From contig JANMQV010000143.1 of NCBI GenBank assembly GCA_031370645.1, forward strand, positions 1 through 40,321: a DNA stretch of 40,321 nt, in the 5' to 3' direction. Below the pieces are notes generated by a model. That model had not been told where the DNA came from. It searched no databases and saw only the letters and a program-made list of their open reading frames with translations. The stretch is from Candidatus Eiseniibacteriota bacterium. Lineage in GTDB: Bacteria; Eisenbacteria; RBG-16-71-46; SZUA-252. The position numbers were made by a program, and so were the translations under genes. Shown here in pieces: positions 38,248 through 40,321 of the stretch. Positions within the stretch are counted from its first letter, which is position 1; each line of letters opens with the position of its first letter.

Positions 38248-39747
38248 ATGAAGCCGCTGCGGCTACTCCTCCTGGCGTCCGGGCGGGGGAGTCACGCCGT
38301 GAACTTGATCCATGCGACCCGGGACGGTCGCCTGAACGGGGTCGTCCTTCGCGTCGTGTCCGACCGGCCTGACGCGCCGGCGCTGGACCAGGCGCGGGAA
38401 CTTGGGATCCCGGTCACCGTACTCCTCCCTCTTCGCGAAGGGGCGCGGCTCGCGCCCGAAGCGGAGGAATCGCTCCGTTCCCTCGTGACGGAGGAGCGTC
38501 CCCATCTCGTCGCACTCTGCGGATTCATGCGGCTCCTTCGCGCCCCGTTCCTGTCGCGCCTCGGCGTGCCGGTGGTCAACGTCCACCCGTCGCTCCTGCC
38601 GCGCTTTCGGGGCTTGAACGCGCAGCGCCAAGCAATCGAAGCAGGTGCCTCCGAGACCGGAGTCACCGTTCATTTCGTCGACGCCGGGATGGATACCGGA
38701 CCGATCGTGCTCCAGCGATCGCTCGCGATCATCCCGGGGGAGAGCGGCGAGCAACTCACCGCGCGGCTTCTCCCGCTCGAGCACGACACCTATGTGGAGG
38801 CGCTCCGGCGCCTGCAAGAAGGAGATTCGATGAACGCCAGCGAGAGAGCCCTTCGCGACGTCGTCATTCCGGGACGCGCTCCCGACTATCGGGGCAAGGT
38901 GCGCGACCTCTACCTCCTGGGCGACCAGATGCTTCTCGTCGCCAGCGATCGCGTCTCCGCCTACGACGTCATCCTGAAGGAAGGGATTCCGGGAAAGGGA
39001 CGCGTCCTCACGCAGATCTCGAAATTCTGGTTCGAGAGACTCGACTCCATCGTCCCGACGCACTACATCACATGCGACGTGGCGAAATTCCCGGAGCCTT
39101 TCTCGAAGCACGCGGAACTCCTCGAGGGACGCTCCATGCTCGCGCATCGCGCCAAGCGCTTCGACGTGGAGTGCGTGGTGCGGGGCTACCTCGCGGGATC
39201 GGGGTGGAAGGAATACCAGGCGTCTCGCTCCGTCTGCGGCGTGCCGCTTCCCGCGGGGCTCACGCTCTCGTCGAAACTACCCGAGCCGATCTTCACGCCG
39301 GCGACCAAGGCCGAAGAAGGGCATGACGAGAACATCCCCTTCGAGCGGATGGCCGAAATCGTCGGCACGAAGCGGGCGGAGGAACTTCGCGCGGTCAGCC
39401 TCGCCATCTACCACGCGGCCGCCGCGCACGCCGCGTCGTGCGGCCTCATCCTTGCCGACACGAAATTCGAATTCGGGGAACGCGACGGGAAGATCATCTG
39501 GATCGACGAGGCGCTCTCGCCCGACTCCTCGCGTTACTGGCTCATGACGACCTACCGCGAGGGGGTGGCGCAGGACTCCTTCGACAAGCAGGTCATCCGC
39601 GACCATCTCGACGCCGTGAAGTGGGACCGAAAGCCGCCGCCGCCGGCCATTCCGGCCGAGATCCTCGCGAAGGCCGGACGGCGTTACGAGGAGGCGATGG
39701 AGATGATCACGGGCGCGAGAGTCGCCGGAGGGAAGGGATCGCGGTGA
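38248..39747 (+). CDS. purN-purC: In-frame fusion of phosphoribosylglycinamide formyltransferase (PurN) and SAICAR synthase (PurC)
   Basis: PurN: ASGRGS, LCGFMRLL, NVHPSLLP, GVTVHFVDAGMDTGPI. PurC from Met195 (ATG 38830): GKVRDLY, ASDRVSAYD, ECVVRGYLAGSGW, ADTKFEFG, PDSSRYW, SFDKQ. No stop between them. Confidence 0.88.
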   Translation: MKPLRLLLLASGRGSHAVNLIHATRDGRLNGVVLRVVSDRPDAPALDQARELGIPVTVLLPLREGARLAPEAEESLRSLVTEERPHLVALCGFMRLLRAPFLSRLGVPVVNVHPSLLPRFRGLNAQRQAIEAGASETGVTVHFVDAGMDTGPIVLQRSLAIIPGESGEQLTARLLPLEHDTYVEALRRLQEGDSMNASERALRDVVIPGRAPDYRGKVRDLYLLGDQMLLVASDRVSAYDVILKEGIPGKGRVLTQISKFWFERLDSIVPTHYITCDVAKFPEPFSKHAELLEGRSMLAHRAKRFDVECVVRGYLAGSGWKEYQASRSVCGVPLPAGLTLSSKLPEPIFTPATKAEEGHDENIPFERMAEIVGTKRAEELRAVSLAIYHAAAAHAASCGLILADTKFEFGERDGKIIWIDEALSPDSSRYWLMTTYREGVAQDSFDKQVIRDHLDAVKWDRKPPPPAIPAEILAKAGRRYEEAMEMITGARVAGGKGSR

Positions 39748-40321
39748 CCGGAATTCGAATCGGACGCGCGATCCTCTCGGTCAGCGACAAGACGGGCCTC
39801 GTCGAATTCGCGCACGGGCTCGCGCGACACGGCGTGAAGATCATCTCGACCGGCGGCACCGCGACGACGCTGCGCGCGGCCGACGTCGGCGTGCGCGACG
39901 TGTCGGAAGTAACCGGCTTCCCGGAACTCTTCGACGGCCGCGTGAAGACGCTCCACCCGATGATTCACGGCGGCATCCTCTACCGCCGTGGACACGCGAA
40001 GGACGAGGAGGATCGCCACCATCAGGGCATCGTGTCGATCGACCTCGTCGTCGTGAATCTCTATCCCTTCGAGGCGACCGTCGCCAAAGCGGGGGTGGCC
40101 GACGCCGAGGCGATCGAGCAGATCGACATCGGAGGCCCGGCACTCATCCGCGCGGCCGCGAAGAATCACGCCCACGTCGTCGTGATCGTGGAACCCGATC
40201 AGTACGTGCCCTTCCTCGCGGCGCTCGACGCGGGCGGTGGTGTCGTGCGGGCGTCTCTGGCGCGGGAGTTCGCCGGCCGTGCCTACGCTCGCACTTCGTC
40301 GTACGACGCCGCCATCGCGCG
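39744..40321 (+). CDS. purH: Bifunctional AICAR transformylase / IMP cyclohydrolase (3' truncated by window edge)
   Basis: GTG overlaps the purC stop (GTGA); RAILSVSDKTGL, IISTGGT, GRVKTLHP, LVVVNLYPF, IDIGGPALIRAAAKN. Confidence 0.96.
   Translation, partial: MTGIRIGRAILSVSDKTGLVEFAHGLARHGVKIISTGGTATTLRAADVGVRDVSEVTGFPELFDGRVKTLHPMIHGGILYRRGHAKDEEDRHHQGIVSIDLVVVNLYPFEATVAKAGVADAEAIEQIDIGGPALIRAAAKNHAHVVVIVEPDQYVPFLAALDAGGGVVRASLAREFAGRAYARTSSYDAAIA

Noticed and set aside
1-40321. CRISPR arrays, IS elements, integrases, tRNA/rRNA genes
   Set aside because: No regularly spaced repeats, transposase or recombinase motifs, or tRNA/rRNA signatures were seen.

Overview
GC-rich bacterial chromosomal window, densely coding and almost entirely on the + strand. 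A PorV-like beta-barrel and a bS22-type peptide point to a diderm FCB-affiliated lineage, possibly Ca. Eisenbacteria; this placement is inference. Gene order: MacAB-type ABC exporter, DDAH, secreted S8 protease, uvrA, gcvT-H-PA-PB, an eight-gene uncharacterised block ending in a LipM-like enzyme, gpmI, a non-coding island, sppA-hup-bS22, rnr, PilZ protein, PorV-like protein, a glgD-like/glgC pair, mltD-like (minus strand), a pseudo-PP2C/PEGA membrane protein, comEC, an in-frame purN-purC fusion and partial purH. The best candidate for an undescribed system is the gcv-coupled block at 13649-21653: an orphan GlmL/MutL-type ASKHA ATPase, a protein with lipoyl-like barrel-sandwich repeats and four membrane proteins, with no glutamate mutase subunits in view. 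The second is a complete sigma54 promoter architecture at about 23358-23488 that precedes a structured, terminator-ended RNA of about 180 nt. No mobile elements, tRNA/rRNA genes or CRISPR arrays were seen. All family assignments come from reading motifs by eye; no searches were run.
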